Program-made: the position numbers and the translations under genes | The notes under the pieces: model-generated | The model's database searches: none | Seen by the model: the letters and a program-made list of their open reading frames with translations, nothing else | Told to the model about the DNA's origin: nothing | From: a bacterium | GTDB taxonomy: Bacteria; Nitrospirota; Thermodesulfovibrionia; Thermodesulfovibrionales; JdFR-85 | Assembly: GCA_036244995.1 (NCBI GenBank) | Contig: BTTF01000003.1 | Coordinates: 1 to 47,195, forward strand | DNA: 47,195 nt | Direction: 5' to 3' | Shown: positions 20,676 through 30,397 of the stretch, in pieces | Layout of the letters: every line of letters starts with the position of its first letter | Numbering within the stretch: position 1 is the stretch's first letter

Positions 20676-21704
20676 CTATGCTGTGGCCCTGGCTACCGGA
20701 CTGGAACTCTTGCCTTTTTTCTTGAGTTCAGAGGATATTATCTCATCCACCCTGAGCCGGGCGGATATGTTGGCTGTCTTCAGTGCATTTCTTATTGCCT
20801 TGGATGAAGACCGCCCATGACTTATTATGCATGTTCCCCTGATTCCGAGCAGAGGGGCGCCTCCATACTCGGCATAATCGGTCTTCTTTTTGAAGTTCTT
20901 GAGGGCCGGTTTCATAAACAGATAGGCAAGCCGGCCCGTGGCGATATCTGCAATCTCCTGTTTTAGCATCTTCATGATTGTCTCAGCCAGGCCTTCACTG
21001 ACCTTAAGCACCACATTTCCGATAAAACCGTCGCATACAACAACATCGACATTGCCGCTGAAGATATCCTTGCCTTCTATATTGCCGACAAAGTGCAAAC
21101 CTGTATTCTTTAAAAGCCTGAATGCCTCTTTGGTAAGTTCATTCCCCTTTGTGTCTTCCTCCCCAATGCTCAGCAGTGCAACTCTGGGTTTCTGTACTCC
21201 AAGGACATTTCTGCAGTACGCATTTCCCATTAAAGCAAACTGCAGCAGGTTTGATGCCTCGGAGTCCACGTTCGCTCCTGCGTCGATGAGAACAAAAGGC
21301 CCTTTAAGGGTTGGCATGGTGGTAGCTATGGCAGGCCTGTTAACTCCTTCAGCCGTACCCAGAAGTAACAGTGCAAAGGCCATTACTGCACCTGAGTGGC
21401 CTGCGCTTACAAAGGCATGTGCCTCCCCTTTCTTGACCATCTCTATGCCCCGCTTTATCGATGAATCCTTCTTTCGTCTGACAGCCACCGATATTGGTTC
21501 ATCCATGGCTATCAACTGGGAGGCGTGTTTGACGGAAATTCTGTCCGGGGGATAACGTTTATGCCTCAGTTCTTCTGTAATCAGCTCTTCCCGGCCGATA
21601 AGAATAACCTCGATATCCTTGGTATCATTGACAGTTTCAACCGCTCCCTCCACTGTCACACGGGGCGCATAATCCCCTCCCATGGCATCAAGAACGATCT
21701 TCAT
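20676..21704 (-). CDS. plsX: Phosphate acyltransferase
   Basis: DAMGGDYAP, DAGANVD, VCDGFIGN, YGGAPLLG, SHGRS. Confidence 0.96.
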   Translation of the reverse strand: MKIVLDAMGGDYAPRVTVEGAVETVNDTKDIEVILIGREELITEELRHKRYPPDRISVKHASQLIAMDEPISVAVRRKKDSSIKRGIEMVKKGEAHAFVSAGHSGAVMAFALLLLGTAEGVNRPAIATTMPTLKGPFVLIDAGANVDSEASNLLQFALMGNAYCRNVLGVQKPRVALLSIGEEDTKGNELTKEAFRLLKNTGLHFVGNIEGKDIFSGNVDVVVCDGFIGNVVLKVSEGLAETIMKMLKQEIADIATGRLAYLFMKPALKNFKKKTDYAEYGGAPLLGIRGTCIISHGRSSSKAIRNALKTANISARLRVDEIISSELKKKGKSSSPVARATA

Positions 21705-21892
21705 ATTTCAGTTTTTTCGATAACCTTTATGACTTTTCTGTCATTATACATGCCGCAACCTGTGCATACCCTGTGAGGCAGCTTGAGTTCACCGCATTCA
21801 GGGCATTTCATAAGGGAGAGAATCGTTCCCTTCCAGTTTGCCCTTCTCCTGTCTCTGCGACACCTTGAGTGTCTGGATTTAGGATTTGCCAT
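21701..21892 (-). CDS. rpmF: 50S ribosomal protein L32 (Zn-binding form)
   Basis: MANPK..HS, CPECG..KLPHRVC..CG.Y. Confidence 0.94.
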   Translation of the reverse strand: MANPKSRHSRCRRDRRRANWKGTILSLMKCPECGELKLPHRVCTGCGMYNDRKVIKVIEKTEI

Positions 21893-21908
21893 GTTTTGTT
21901 GCTCCTTT

Positions 21909-22415
21909 CTATTTGGATAAAAGTTTTTTTAAACTCTTCAGTCTCGGGTCAACAGACTCATACCTGCATTCGCATCTCTGAAGATTCATGTCGGCTCCAC
22001 ATACAGGACAGAGTCCCTTGCATGTTTCATCACACAATGCCTTCATGGGTAAGTTAAGAATCAGTTGTTCTCTTATCACCTGAGTGATATCAAGCTCATC
22101 ATTGCTGTAAAAACCTATGTTTATCTCATCCCTGGAGACTTCGTAAGTCTCTTCATTTGCCACCTCTGCTGCGGGGTGATATAACAGGTTGATATTGAGA
22201 GACAGCTCCTTCCGGAAGTTTACCAGGCATCTGCTGCACTGAAGTGCTACCCTGCCCTGAATGTTTCCCTCAATCCGGATTTCTTCTCCCCGCCTGTCTA
22301 TCCGGAGATGAGCATTTACAGGACCTATGGATTCAAGTAGAGAGTTCCTGGAGAGCCTTTCTGAGAAATTCAGGTCTATCCCGTGTTCTTCTATCCCGGA
22401 AACAATTATTTTCAT
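21909..22415 (-). CDS. YceD/DUF177 protein
   Basis: CSRCL, LNLPMKALC...CKGLCPVCG, DPR; upstream of rpmF. Confidence 0.92.
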   Translation of the reverse strand: MKIIVSGIEEHGIDLNFSERLSRNSLLESIGPVNAHLRIDRRGEEIRIEGNIQGRVALQCSRCLVNFRKELSLNINLLYHPAAEVANEETYEVSRDEINIGFYSNDELDITQVIREQLILNLPMKALCDETCKGLCPVCGADMNLQRCECRYESVDPRLKSLKKLLSK

Positions 22416-22517
22416 AGTTCTGTAGCCTCATTATCTCATGCTTTCATATCCCCGGTTCTTATTCGAATGTTATATACTACCATGTATAGGGGGAATAAAG
22501 AAATTTAAAAGATCAAA

Positions 22518-22547
22518 AGTATACTTTTTACTTGAAAATATTGTCAA
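22518..22547 (-). promoter_or_regulatory. sigma70-type promoter for yceD-rpmF-plsX-fabH
   Basis: Minus strand TTGACA-18 nt-TATACT. Confidence 0.6.
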
Positions 22548-22565
22548 GTAGTTGTAAATTATTAC

Positions 22566-23153
22566 ATGGGAATAGAGGGAATAGAAAAAAAATACTGTCT
22601 CTGCTGCGGAGAGAAGGTTCCCTGCAATATTGTGGTAAGAAACGAGAGAAGGGAACTTACCTGTACCTTTTGTGGCTTTATACTGGGTACGGATAGTCTC
22701 TGGGAAGATAGAAGGAGGGCAGCAGGTACATATGCACTTGTTGCAGAGGACTCAAAATTCACAAGGACCCTGCTGAAAGAATTAATATTGAAGAAGGTGT
22801 TAGCCAGTGAGGTTACGGCCGTCTCCAACGGCCTTGAACTCGTTTCAGAATATTCGAGGCTTCTGTCCGGTGATATCCGGGTCAGATTTATAATAATTGA
22901 TCTTAATATGCCGGTGATGGATGGACTTACTGCTGCAAGGACCCTGAGGACACTTGAGGAAAAAAAGAAGAAAAAGAAGGTCCCGATACTCTTTTTCTCC
23001 GGAATCAAGGCGGATGAAGGTCTTAAGAGACAGATGGAACTTCTTGCCCCTGCCAATTATGTCAACAAGGGGGCAGACCCTGATACGAAGGTGCTTGTTC
23101 GCAGGGTGGAGGGACTCCTGAATTTTATATCCCGGCACTATCAGAGTGCCTGA
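22566..23153 (+). CDS. Response regulator: N-terminal Cys-rich Zn ribbon plus receiver domain
   Basis: CLCC...CTFC, then VAEDS, IIDLNMPVMDG (phospho-Asp), FFSG and YVNK. Confidence 0.8.
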   Translation: MGIEGIEKKYCLCCGEKVPCNIVVRNERRELTCTFCGFILGTDSLWEDRRRAAGTYALVAEDSKFTRTLLKELILKKVLASEVTAVSNGLELVSEYSRLLSGDIRVRFIIIDLNMPVMDGLTAARTLRTLEEKKKKKKVPILFFSGIKADEGLKRQMELLAPANYVNKGADPDTKVLVRRVEGLLNFISRHYQSA

Positions 23154-23166
23154 TAGAGGAAAATGC

Positions 23167-23244
23167 TGGAGTATCGGAGCGATGGGGAACTGGAGAAATG
23201 CAAATTCCAACACTTCCAAAACACTGTCATACTCCAAAACTCCA
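23167..23244. repeat. Degenerate octamer-based inverted repeat element
   Basis: tggagtat cggagcga tggggaac tggagaaa ... ttccaacac ttccaaaac ... atactcca aaactcca. Confidence 0.65.
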
Positions 23245-23251
23245 TGTAGTT

Positions 23252-23530
23252 ATGAATAATCCAAGGTTGCATCTCTATATTGAAGGGGTTGTTCAAGGTG
23301 TCTTTTACAGGGCGTTTGTACTGGAGCTTGCCCTGAAGTCAGGCCTCAGGGGATGGGTAAAGAACCTGCCTGACGGAAGAGTGGAGGCGGTTTTTGAGGG
23401 GAAGGAGGAGGATGTTGAGAAGGCCATGGCCGAGTGTTATAAGGGGCCTCCCGGCGCTTACGTCACCAATATAGACGTTGCAAGGGAGTCTTGCAAGGGT
23501 GAGTTAAGGGATTTTGAGATAAGGTACTGA
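23252..23530 (+). CDS. acyP: Acylphosphatase
   Basis: GVVQGVFYR, GWVKNLPDGRVEAVFEG, GPPGA.V. Start set at ATG 23252. Confidence 0.92.
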   Translation: MNNPRLHLYIEGVVQGVFYRAFVLELALKSGLRGWVKNLPDGRVEAVFEGKEEDVEKAMAECYKGPPGAYVTNIDVARESCKGELRDFEIRY

Positions 23531-23537
23531 AGATTAA

Positions 23538-24509
23538 ATGAGCGGATTGTTGACGGAGCTAAAAGAGAGGGTACTTAACGGGGGAGATATCTCGGGGGAA
23601 GAGGCATCTTTTCTTGCAGATGATACCGCTGTGCCCCTGCATTCTTTATTTGAGGCCGCCACCTCTGTCAGGGAGCGTTTCAGGGGCAACAGAGTTGACC
23701 TCTGCTCAATTGTGAATGCAAAGTCCGGCAACTGTACAGAGGACTGTGCTTATTGTGCTCAATCCACCAGACACAGGACAAATATAAGCGTCTATCCCTG
23801 GATGGGGCAGGGCGAAATCTTTCGCAGGGCGAAAGAGGCAAGGCTTTCCGGTGCAAAGAGGTTCTGTATCGTTACGAGCGGAAAGAGGGTTTCAGGAGAA
23901 GAAATAGAGGTTATAGCCTCTGCAGTTGGCGAGATCCGGCAGATTGGTCTCCTGCCCTGTGCCACACTCGGTCTTCTTGATGAAGATGAACTCAGGATAC
24001 TGAAAGACGCAGGTCTTGAACGCTTTCATCACAACCTTGAGACCTCTGAAGAGTTTTTTCAGAAGGTCTGTACCACCCATACCTACAGTGACAAGATAAA
24101 GACGATCATGGCTGTGAAGAATGCCGGCCTTTCCCTCTGTTCAGGAGGGATTTTTGGTCTTGGTGAATCCTGGGACGACAGGATCAGTATGGCCTTTACA
24201 TTGAAGAATCTGAATGTGGATTCCGTCCCCATAAATTTTCTGATGCCGGTGAAGGGGACACCGATGGGGCATCTTCCCCCACTTCATCCATTAGAGGCAC
24301 TGAGGATTATAAGTGTCTACAGGTTTATACTTCCCGGAAAAGAGATAAGGCTTTGTGGCGGGCGGGTGCAGACACTGGGAGAATTGAATTCAATGGTTTT
24401 CCTTGCAGGTGCCGACGCTCTCCTGACAGGTAATTACCTTACACTGAAAGGCCGCTGTACAGAAGATGATATAAGACTGATCGAGATGCTGGGCCTGAGA
24501 TACGATTAG
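23538..24509 (+). CDS. bioB: Biotin synthase (radical SAM)
   Basis: NAKSGNCTEDCAYCAQS, HHNLETS, CSGGIFGLGE, SVPINFL, IRLCGGR. Confidence 0.95.
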   Translation: MSGLLTELKERVLNGGDISGEEASFLADDTAVPLHSLFEAATSVRERFRGNRVDLCSIVNAKSGNCTEDCAYCAQSTRHRTNISVYPWMGQGEIFRRAKEARLSGAKRFCIVTSGKRVSGEEIEVIASAVGEIRQIGLLPCATLGLLDEDELRILKDAGLERFHHNLETSEEFFQKVCTTHTYSDKIKTIMAVKNAGLSLCSGGIFGLGESWDDRISMAFTLKNLNVDSVPINFLMPVKGTPMGHLPPLHPLEALRIISVYRFILPGKEIRLCGGRVQTLGELNSMVFLAGADALLTGNYLTLKGRCTEDDIRLIEMLGLRYD

Positions 24510-24512
24510 TTT

Positions 24513-25307
24513 ATGTACTGGAATATAAGGATGAGGGCATCTGAGGGTGAGGTGCTGCATATCTCAGGGGCCGAGGGCCTGTACCCGGTGGACGAGCTGC
24601 AGGACACGGTAGCGGCTTATCTGCAAAGGGCACTGCATCATGACAGGGGTAAGCCTGACAGGATTGTGGTTACTGTTGAGAGGCTTGAAGAGGAACCGCA
24701 GTTCATAAAGATGCAGCCGGTTTATACAGTCAATACCGGAGATTACAGTGAGGCATGGAGATTTGTTAAAGAGGGGCTGATCTGTCTTGATGTCTCCGGG
24801 GAGGCTTTTAATACTGCCAGGGCTATAATAGAGTCCACGGATGTCATGAGGGGGGCGGCAATTGTAAGGGCAGTCAGTGGTGTCAGGGCAGAGCCTGACA
24901 GGGTAAGGGGAGTGAGGGCCACAAGGCTCGGCATTATGCCGGAATTATTGCCGGAATTATATGAATCTCTGGGTAAATTAGATGCAGACGGGACTGTTGT
25001 GAGTGAGGCCGTTGTGCTTGCTTCAAAGGTGGCGTCCTGTCCTCATATTGTTGCAGAGCTGTGTGTGTCTGATGACCCCTTTTACACAACCGGTTATCTC
25101 TCCTCAAAAAATACCGGTTACGTGAGGGTGCCTCACATAAAAGAGAAGGGTAGGATGAATGGCGGCAGGGTTTTTTTCGTTACTGAAGAGTGCACTGTGG
25201 GGGATGTTGTCAGGTATCTCGAGGAGACACCCGTTATGGTTACCAGGTTATCGGATATTCATGATATAATTAACCCTGATGAGTTCATCTGCAGTATTAA
25301 TCGTTAA
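24513..25307 (+). CDS. bioW: 6-carboxyhexanoate--CoA ligase
   Basis: IRMRAS, HISGAE, RALHHDRGKPD, EAVVLASKV, ELCVSDDP.YTTGY, GGRVFF. Confidence 0.9.
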   Translation: MYWNIRMRASEGEVLHISGAEGLYPVDELQDTVAAYLQRALHHDRGKPDRIVVTVERLEEEPQFIKMQPVYTVNTGDYSEAWRFVKEGLICLDVSGEAFNTARAIIESTDVMRGAAIVRAVSGVRAEPDRVRGVRATRLGIMPELLPELYESLGKLDADGTVVSEAVVLASKVASCPHIVAELCVSDDPFYTTGYLSSKNTGYVRVPHIKEKGRMNGGRVFFVTEECTVGDVVRYLEETPVMVTRLSDIHDIINPDEFICSINR

Positions 25308-26139
25308 TCCGGCCTCGGGTTCTTTCTCTGAAAAGAGACTCCTGCTATCAATAGAGGTGCTGAAGAAGAGCTTCAGTGACGTCTCCATCTTTTATACAGG
25401 CAAGAGGGGTGATGCCGAGCAGATTGCCGAAGATGCTGTAAAGAAATCCCCCGGGATGATACTGGCCATAGGGGGGGATGGTACGTTTAACGAGGTGGTC
25501 AACGGGACGGCCTATACAGATGTGCCTGTTGCCTTTATCCCTGCGGGTACCACAAACGTCCTTGCCCGGGAGCTGGATTTTCCGGCTGACATTTATAGGG
25601 CCACACTGAAGGCCCTTAACGGGAAGACGGAGTATGTTCATCTCGGCAGGATAAATGATAAATACTTTGTTCTTATGGCAGGCATCGGTTTTGACGGCGA
25701 GGCCGTTTACAGGGTGAACCAGAGGTTGAAGCGCCTGTCAGGTAAAGGGGCATACCTGATAAGCGGTCTCAAGTGTTTTATGAGATATCACCCTGACTTG
25801 CTCAGGATAGTCGTTGATGACAGGGAATACGAGGGATATGGGGTTATTGTCTGTAATGCCGGATATTATGCCGGAAGTTTCAGGGTCTGCCCTGATGCGG
25901 GCCTGAGAGCACCGCACCTGTATGTTTCTATTATGCATGGGGGTAAAAGGAGTGACCTGCTCAGGGATGTCTTTGAAGTTATAAGTGGTGGGCGTATGAG
26001 TTCAGAGGAGACAAGCTGCATAAAGGGGAACAGTATAGTTGTATCAGGGGATGCACACATTCAGATAGACGGCGATTATTTCGGCACGACACCTGCTGTA
26101 ATAACATTTCATGAGCGGGCCCTCCGGCTGATAGTTTAG
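25279..26139 (+). CDS. Diacylglycerol kinase-family lipid kinase (DagK/YegS-like)
   Basis: IVNPASG, GGDGTFNEVVNG, PAGTTNVLA, GIGFDG, QIDGD. Confidence 0.92.
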   Translation: MSSSAVLIVNPASGSFSEKRLLLSIEVLKKSFSDVSIFYTGKRGDAEQIAEDAVKKSPGMILAIGGDGTFNEVVNGTAYTDVPVAFIPAGTTNVLARELDFPADIYRATLKALNGKTEYVHLGRINDKYFVLMAGIGFDGEAVYRVNQRLKRLSGKGAYLISGLKCFMRYHPDLLRIVVDDREYEGYGVIVCNAGYYAGSFRVCPDAGLRAPHLYVSIMHGGKRSDLLRDVFEVISGGRMSSEETSCIKGNSIVVSGDAHIQIDGDYFGTTPAVITFHERALRLIV

Positions 26140-26723
26140 TAGTGTTTTTTCAGTTCCATGAGGACCTGCTTCCCGATATTCTTCAGTGTTTCAAAGACTC
26201 CCCTGCCGTGTGTGGCCACACACTCAAAGGCTGGAACCTTGTCAGTATTCAGGAGACTGTCCAGTTCCGCAACAGGAACAACATTGGGCAGGTCCCGTTT
26301 ATTGTACTGTATTGTGAAGGGTAGCCTTTCGAGTTCATATCCCTGGTCAGCGAGGTTAATCCTGAGGTCCTCAAGGCTTTCTATATTGGCATCCGTTCTC
26401 TCAATCTGTGAATCTGCAACAAAGACAAGGCCGTCCACTCCCTTTAATATCAGTTTCCTGCTTGCCGCATAAAAGACCTGTCCGGGGACGGTATAAAGGT
26501 GGAACCTCACTTTGAAACCCCTCATATCACCGAGTGCAATGGGAAGGAAGTCAAAGAAGAGGGTCCGCTCGGTCTCTGTTGCAAGAGATATCAGTTTGCC
26601 CTTCTGCTGAGGGGAGGTTTTTTTATAAATGAATTGCAGATTTGTGGTTTTACCACACAAGCCCGGTCCATAATAGACTATCTTGCAGTTTATCTCTCTG
26701 GAGGAATAGTTTATAAAGGACAC
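26136..26723 (-). CDS. mglA: MglA small GTPase
   Basis: MSFINYSSREINCKIVYYGPGLCGKTTNL, ERTLFFDF, TVPGQ, NKRD. Confidence 0.95.
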   Translation of the reverse strand: MSFINYSSREINCKIVYYGPGLCGKTTNLQFIYKKTSPQQKGKLISLATETERTLFFDFLPIALGDMRGFKVRFHLYTVPGQVFYAASRKLILKGVDGLVFVADSQIERTDANIESLEDLRINLADQGYELERLPFTIQYNKRDLPNVVPVAELDSLLNTDKVPAFECVATHGRGVFETLKNIGKQVLMELKKHY

Positions 26724-26733
26724 CTAATAACAC

Positions 26734-27219
26734 CTACTTGAAAAGCTGGTCAATATCTTCATCCGTGATTTCGGCGAAGGGGGATAATTCCGCTCTTCCC
26801 CTGTTTTCTCCCAAGGCCTTTTTGTCCATCTCGTGCAATATCCTGGTTAATGCCCCTGTAGCTTTTTTGACCCTGAGCCTGACAATTCCCAGGGAAGACC
26901 GTTGATCAAAGAGAACTGCCAGGATTACCTTGTTTGCTACAATGGATATATGTATGTTATCCCTGTCACCTTCGTGAAAGAGGATAGAGAACTCCTTCTG
27001 GCCGAGGAGTTTTGCTATACCACCTGTGGCAGCTATATTGCCGGCAGTGAGAGAGGCAAGGGCAGTTGTATCAATGTTGTGGGTATCACCTGCTGAAGCG
27101 ATTAGTTGACCGTTTTTGTCAACGAGAAAGACAAGCTTGGCATTGGCCAGTTGGTAGAGTCTCCTTAATTCCTCATCGACCCTCCGGAACTCTTCCTCAT
27201 ACATTACAAAGTCTGACAT
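26734..27219 (-). CDS. mglB: MglB roadblock/LC7 GAP
   Basis: FLVDKNGQLIA, LASLTAGNIAATGG, SSLGIVRLRVK, FAEITDEDID.LF. Confidence 0.94.
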   Translation of the reverse strand: MSDFVMYEEEFRRVDEELRRLYQLANAKLVFLVDKNGQLIASAGDTHNIDTTALASLTAGNIAATGGIAKLLGQKEFSILFHEGDRDNIHISIVANKVILAVLFDQRSSLGIVRLRVKKATGALTRILHEMDKKALGENRGRAELSPFAEITDEDIDQLFK

Positions 27220-27317
27220 TGCTCTCCCGGACAGATCTTTTTAAGGCCATTTCAGTAATGGCTTTCATGAATCCTGTTGTTTTACATTAACAGAAAGGCC
27301 GATTATTTTCAACCCGT

Positions 27318-28283
27318 CTATTTCCCTTCTTCTGCAGTTCCTTCTTCTTCAGCCCGGCAGGCTGCCTCTCTCAGGAGTTTATCCCACTCATGATCGGTAT
27401 TTTCCTGAGCCTGTTTCAGGAGGTCTTTACTGTCAGGTGCAAAGAGATGTTTGAACCTGCCCTGGGTCTTGAGGAAGTCAGTGACCGGTTTCTTTTCCTT
27501 TGGCTTGTAGTTTACAGTCAACCTGCCGTTTTCATATTCATAGAGCGGCCAGAAACAGGTGTCAGCGGCGATTCTGCAGAGTTCTATTGCATTGTTTGTA
27601 GGTGTCCTCCATCCGCGGTTGCACGGGGCGAGTATGTTTATGAAGGCCGGACCATCAACCTCAAGTGCCTTTCTGACCTTTGTCATAAGGTCGCGCCAGT
27701 GTGCGGGTGTGGTCTGTGCTACATAAGGAATGTCATGTGCAGCCATTATCTTGGCGAGATTCTTTCTTTTCTGGGGCTTGCCGTGGATTACCCTGCCTGC
27801 GGGGCATGTGGTTGTATTGGCACCAAAAGGGGTGGCGCTTGAGCGCTGTATTCCTGTATTCATATATGCACCATTGTCATAGCAGATATATACCATGTCA
27901 TGTCCCCGTTCCATGGCGCCCGACAGGCTCTGAAGCCCGATATCGTATGTACCCCCGTCTCCGCCGAATGCAATAAATTTTATCTTGCGGTCGATCTTGC
28001 CCTTTTTCTTTAACGCCTTGTACATGGCCTCAACCCCTGAGATTGTGGCGGCCGCATTTTCGAAGGCGCTGTGTATCCATGGAATCTTCCACGCAGTGTA
28101 AGGATAGATGGTTGTTGAGACCTCAAGGCACCCTGTTGCATTTGCAGCTACGAGGGGGACATCGGCAGCAAGCAACACCTGCCTGATTGCTATGGGTGCA
28201 CCACAGCCGGCACACATCCTGTGTCCTCCTGTCAGTAAATCCTCTTTTTTTGAAAGTTCCTTTAACCTCAATGGTGTTGACAT
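27318..28283 (-). CDS. porB: Pyruvate (2-oxoacid):ferredoxin oxidoreductase beta subunit
   Basis: GHRMCAGCG, ATGCLEV, TPP motif GGDGGTYDIG...DNGAYMNTGIQRS. Confidence 0.92.
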   Translation of the reverse strand: MSTPLRLKELSKKEDLLTGGHRMCAGCGAPIAIRQVLLAADVPLVAANATGCLEVSTTIYPYTAWKIPWIHSAFENAAATISGVEAMYKALKKKGKIDRKIKFIAFGGDGGTYDIGLQSLSGAMERGHDMVYICYDNGAYMNTGIQRSSATPFGANTTTCPAGRVIHGKPQKRKNLAKIMAAHDIPYVAQTTPAHWRDLMTKVRKALEVDGPAFINILAPCNRGWRTPTNNAIELCRIAADTCFWPLYEYENGRLTVNYKPKEKKPVTDFLKTQGRFKHLFAPDSKDLLKQAQENTDHEWDKLLREAACRAEEEGTAEEGK

Positions 28284-28320
28284 CTTTAGCTCCTTTTTTA
28301 AATTGTCGATTTTTTAATAC

Positions 28321-28348
28321 TCAATCGTCAACAGTCGATAGTCAATCG
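28321..28348 (+). repeat. Four tandem heptamers (TCAATCG-like) between porA and porB
   Basis: tcaatcg tcaacag tcgatag tcaatcg. Confidence 0.6.
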
Positions 28349-28351
28349 TTA

Positions 28352-29530
28352 TTACTCCCTGACTCCGATATATTCTTTCAGGGCCCCTGTTTTACCGGTA
28401 TTCAGGATTTCGGTCATCTCACTGATAACCGCTTCTGCATCTTCAGGCATGAAGTCCCTTCCGCCAAGGCCGTAAATCTTGTTGACCATCAGGGGGCTGG
28501 AGCCGGATGCCATCATGGCCGAGGCAATCTCCATGTACATCGGGCCAAAACCACCAAAGGAATCAGCCCTGTCAAATACACATATAACCTTTGCGTTACC
28601 CAATGCCTCTGCAATCTCTTCGTAAGGGAATGGCCTGAAAAGACGGGGTTTCAGCAGTCCCACTCTTATCCCCTTGTCCCTGCAGGCATCTACAACGTCC
28701 TTGGCAGTGCCGGCTGCGGAGTTGAGCAGAACAACGGCTATATCGGCATCCTCGAGCCTGTAGGGCTCAAAGAGGCCGTAACTCCTGCCCGATATCTTTT
28801 CAAACTCCCTGGCCACCTCAAGTGTGACCTTCTTTGCCTTGTTTATGGCCTCATGTTGAGCCCTTTTGAACTCTATATAAAAGTCTGGAAGCACAAGGGG
28901 GCCGTAGGTTACAGGCTTTTCAACATTGAGGAGCGGGTGTCTGGGTTCAAACTCCCCTATAAAATCCCTGATAACCTCGTCCGGCAGGAATTCCATGCTC
29001 TCAATAGAATGACTTATTATGAACCCGTCCATGCATACCATTGCAGGAAGCCTTATATCCTCATGCTCTGCAATCCTTACAGCCTGAAATATGTTGTCAT
29101 ATGCCTCCTGGGCATTTTCTGAATAAAGCTGAATCCATCCGCAGTCCCTTGAACCCATTCCGTCGGAGTGATCGCCGTGGATATTGATGGGGGCGGAGAG
29201 TGCCCTGTTTACGAGTGTCATTGCTATTGGAAGCCTCATGCCTGAGGCAATATGGAGCATTTCCCACATCAGGGCAAGTCCCTGTGAAGACGTGGCTGTC
29301 ATTACCCTTCCACCTGCTGCTGAAGCGCCTATGCAGGCACTCATGGCACTGTGTTCACTCTCTACAGTGACAAGCTCCGTATCTACCACACCGTCTGACA
29401 CAAAGGATGCAAACCTCTGCATAATCTCTGTTGAGGGCGTGATAGGATAGGCGGCACAGACGTCAGGGTTTATCTGTCTCATGGCCTCTGCCAGGGCCTG
29501 GTTTCCTGTAATTGCAAGTTTTTTACCCAT
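28352..29530 (-). CDS. porA: Pyruvate:ferredoxin oxidoreductase alpha subunit
   Basis: AAYPITPST, VESEHSAMS, TATSSQGL, NRALSAP, YGLGGRD. Confidence 0.93.
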   Translation of the reverse strand: MGKKLAITGNQALAEAMRQINPDVCAAYPITPSTEIMQRFASFVSDGVVDTELVTVESEHSAMSACIGASAAGGRVMTATSSQGLALMWEMLHIASGMRLPIAMTLVNRALSAPINIHGDHSDGMGSRDCGWIQLYSENAQEAYDNIFQAVRIAEHEDIRLPAMVCMDGFIISHSIESMEFLPDEVIRDFIGEFEPRHPLLNVEKPVTYGPLVLPDFYIEFKRAQHEAINKAKKVTLEVAREFEKISGRSYGLFEPYRLEDADIAVVLLNSAAGTAKDVVDACRDKGIRVGLLKPRLFRPFPYEEIAEALGNAKVICVFDRADSFGGFGPMYMEIASAMMASGSSPLMVNKIYGLGGRDFMPEDAEAVISEMTEILNTGKTGALKEYIGVRE

Positions 29531-29531
29531 A

Positions 29532-29825
29532 TTAGTTGCCCTCCGCTACCATCACGATGGCCTTCTTTCCCTTTTTCCCGGGACATTCATGAGCACATAC
29601 CCCACAGCCCTTGCAGTGCCCGTAATCAAACTCACCTCTCTTGCTGTCCTTTACCGTGACTGAAGAGTCAGGGCAGTATATCCAGCAAGAGAGACATTGA
29701 ATACAGTTTTCCTCTATCCATTGAGGTCTGGAGGCACGCCATGAACCAGTGTTGTACTGTTCTGCATTACCTGCCTCAGGGATAATCGCCCCTATCTCCA
29801 GTTCTTTCCATCCCTTTAGTTTCAT
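29532..29825 (-). CDS. porD: Pyruvate:ferredoxin oxidoreductase delta subunit (2x 4Fe-4S)
   Basis: TGSWR..RP, CIQCLSCWIYCP, CKGCGVCAHECP. Confidence 0.92.
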   Translation of the reverse strand: MKLKGWKELEIGAIIPEAGNAEQYNTGSWRASRPQWIEENCIQCLSCWIYCPDSSVTVKDSKRGEFDYGHCKGCGVCAHECPGKKGKKAIVMVAEGN

Positions 29826-30397
29826 CCTTCTTTAACCTCCTCATAGCCTCTTCTGGTTGCCTCAAGATTGCCCGTGATAATCTTTTCAGAAAACTTACTG
29901 CCGAAACTTCCCTTTACATCATCAAGAAGTGTCTGAATATCCGTTATCCCCGATGCCTTTGTAAGGGCTCCGAGCACGCATGAATTCGGGAGGGGTCTTC
30001 CGATGGTCTCCATGGCGATTGTGCTTGCATCAATCGTAAAGAGCTTCTGGGTCTCTTTCAGCTTCAGTTTGTTCCTGATTTCTTCCGGTGACCTGTGTGT
30101 GTTGATCACGAATATGGCATCATCCGGTGTCCCTTCCGTGATATCAATGCTCTCAATGAGGGTTGCATCCATAACAACTACAATCTTCGGATGGCTAACC
30201 GGACAGTGAAGCCTCAGGGTTTTTGAACTTATACGGTTGTATGCCCTGAGGGGAGCACCTGCCCTTTCAGGTCCATACTCGGGAAATGCCTGTACATTCT
30301 TGCCGCCGCTCAGGCATGCGTCAGCCAATACCTTGGCAGCAGTTACAGTGCCCTGTCCACCCCTGCCGTGCCATCTGATCTCAATCGTTTCACTCAT
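29822..30397 (-). CDS. porC: Pyruvate:ferredoxin oxidoreductase gamma subunit
   Basis: EIRWHGRGGQG, QAFPEYGPERAGAP. Start set at MSETIE after GGAGG. Confidence 0.92.
   Translation of the reverse strand: MSETIEIRWHGRGGQGTVTAAKVLADACLSGGKNVQAFPEYGPERAGAPLRAYNRISSKTLRLHCPVSHPKIVVVMDATLIESIDITEGTPDDAIFVINTHRSPEEIRNKLKLKETQKLFTIDASTIAMETIGRPLPNSCVLGALTKASGITDIQTLLDDVKGSFGSKFSEKIITGNLEATRRGYEEVKEG

Noticed and set aside
24937-24960. 12-bp tandem duplication in bioW (PELLPELY)
   Set aside because: Simple in-frame slippage with no sign of wider significance.
28187-29122. 311-aa plus-strand ORF
   Set aside because: Antisense shadow of porA with no recognisable motifs.
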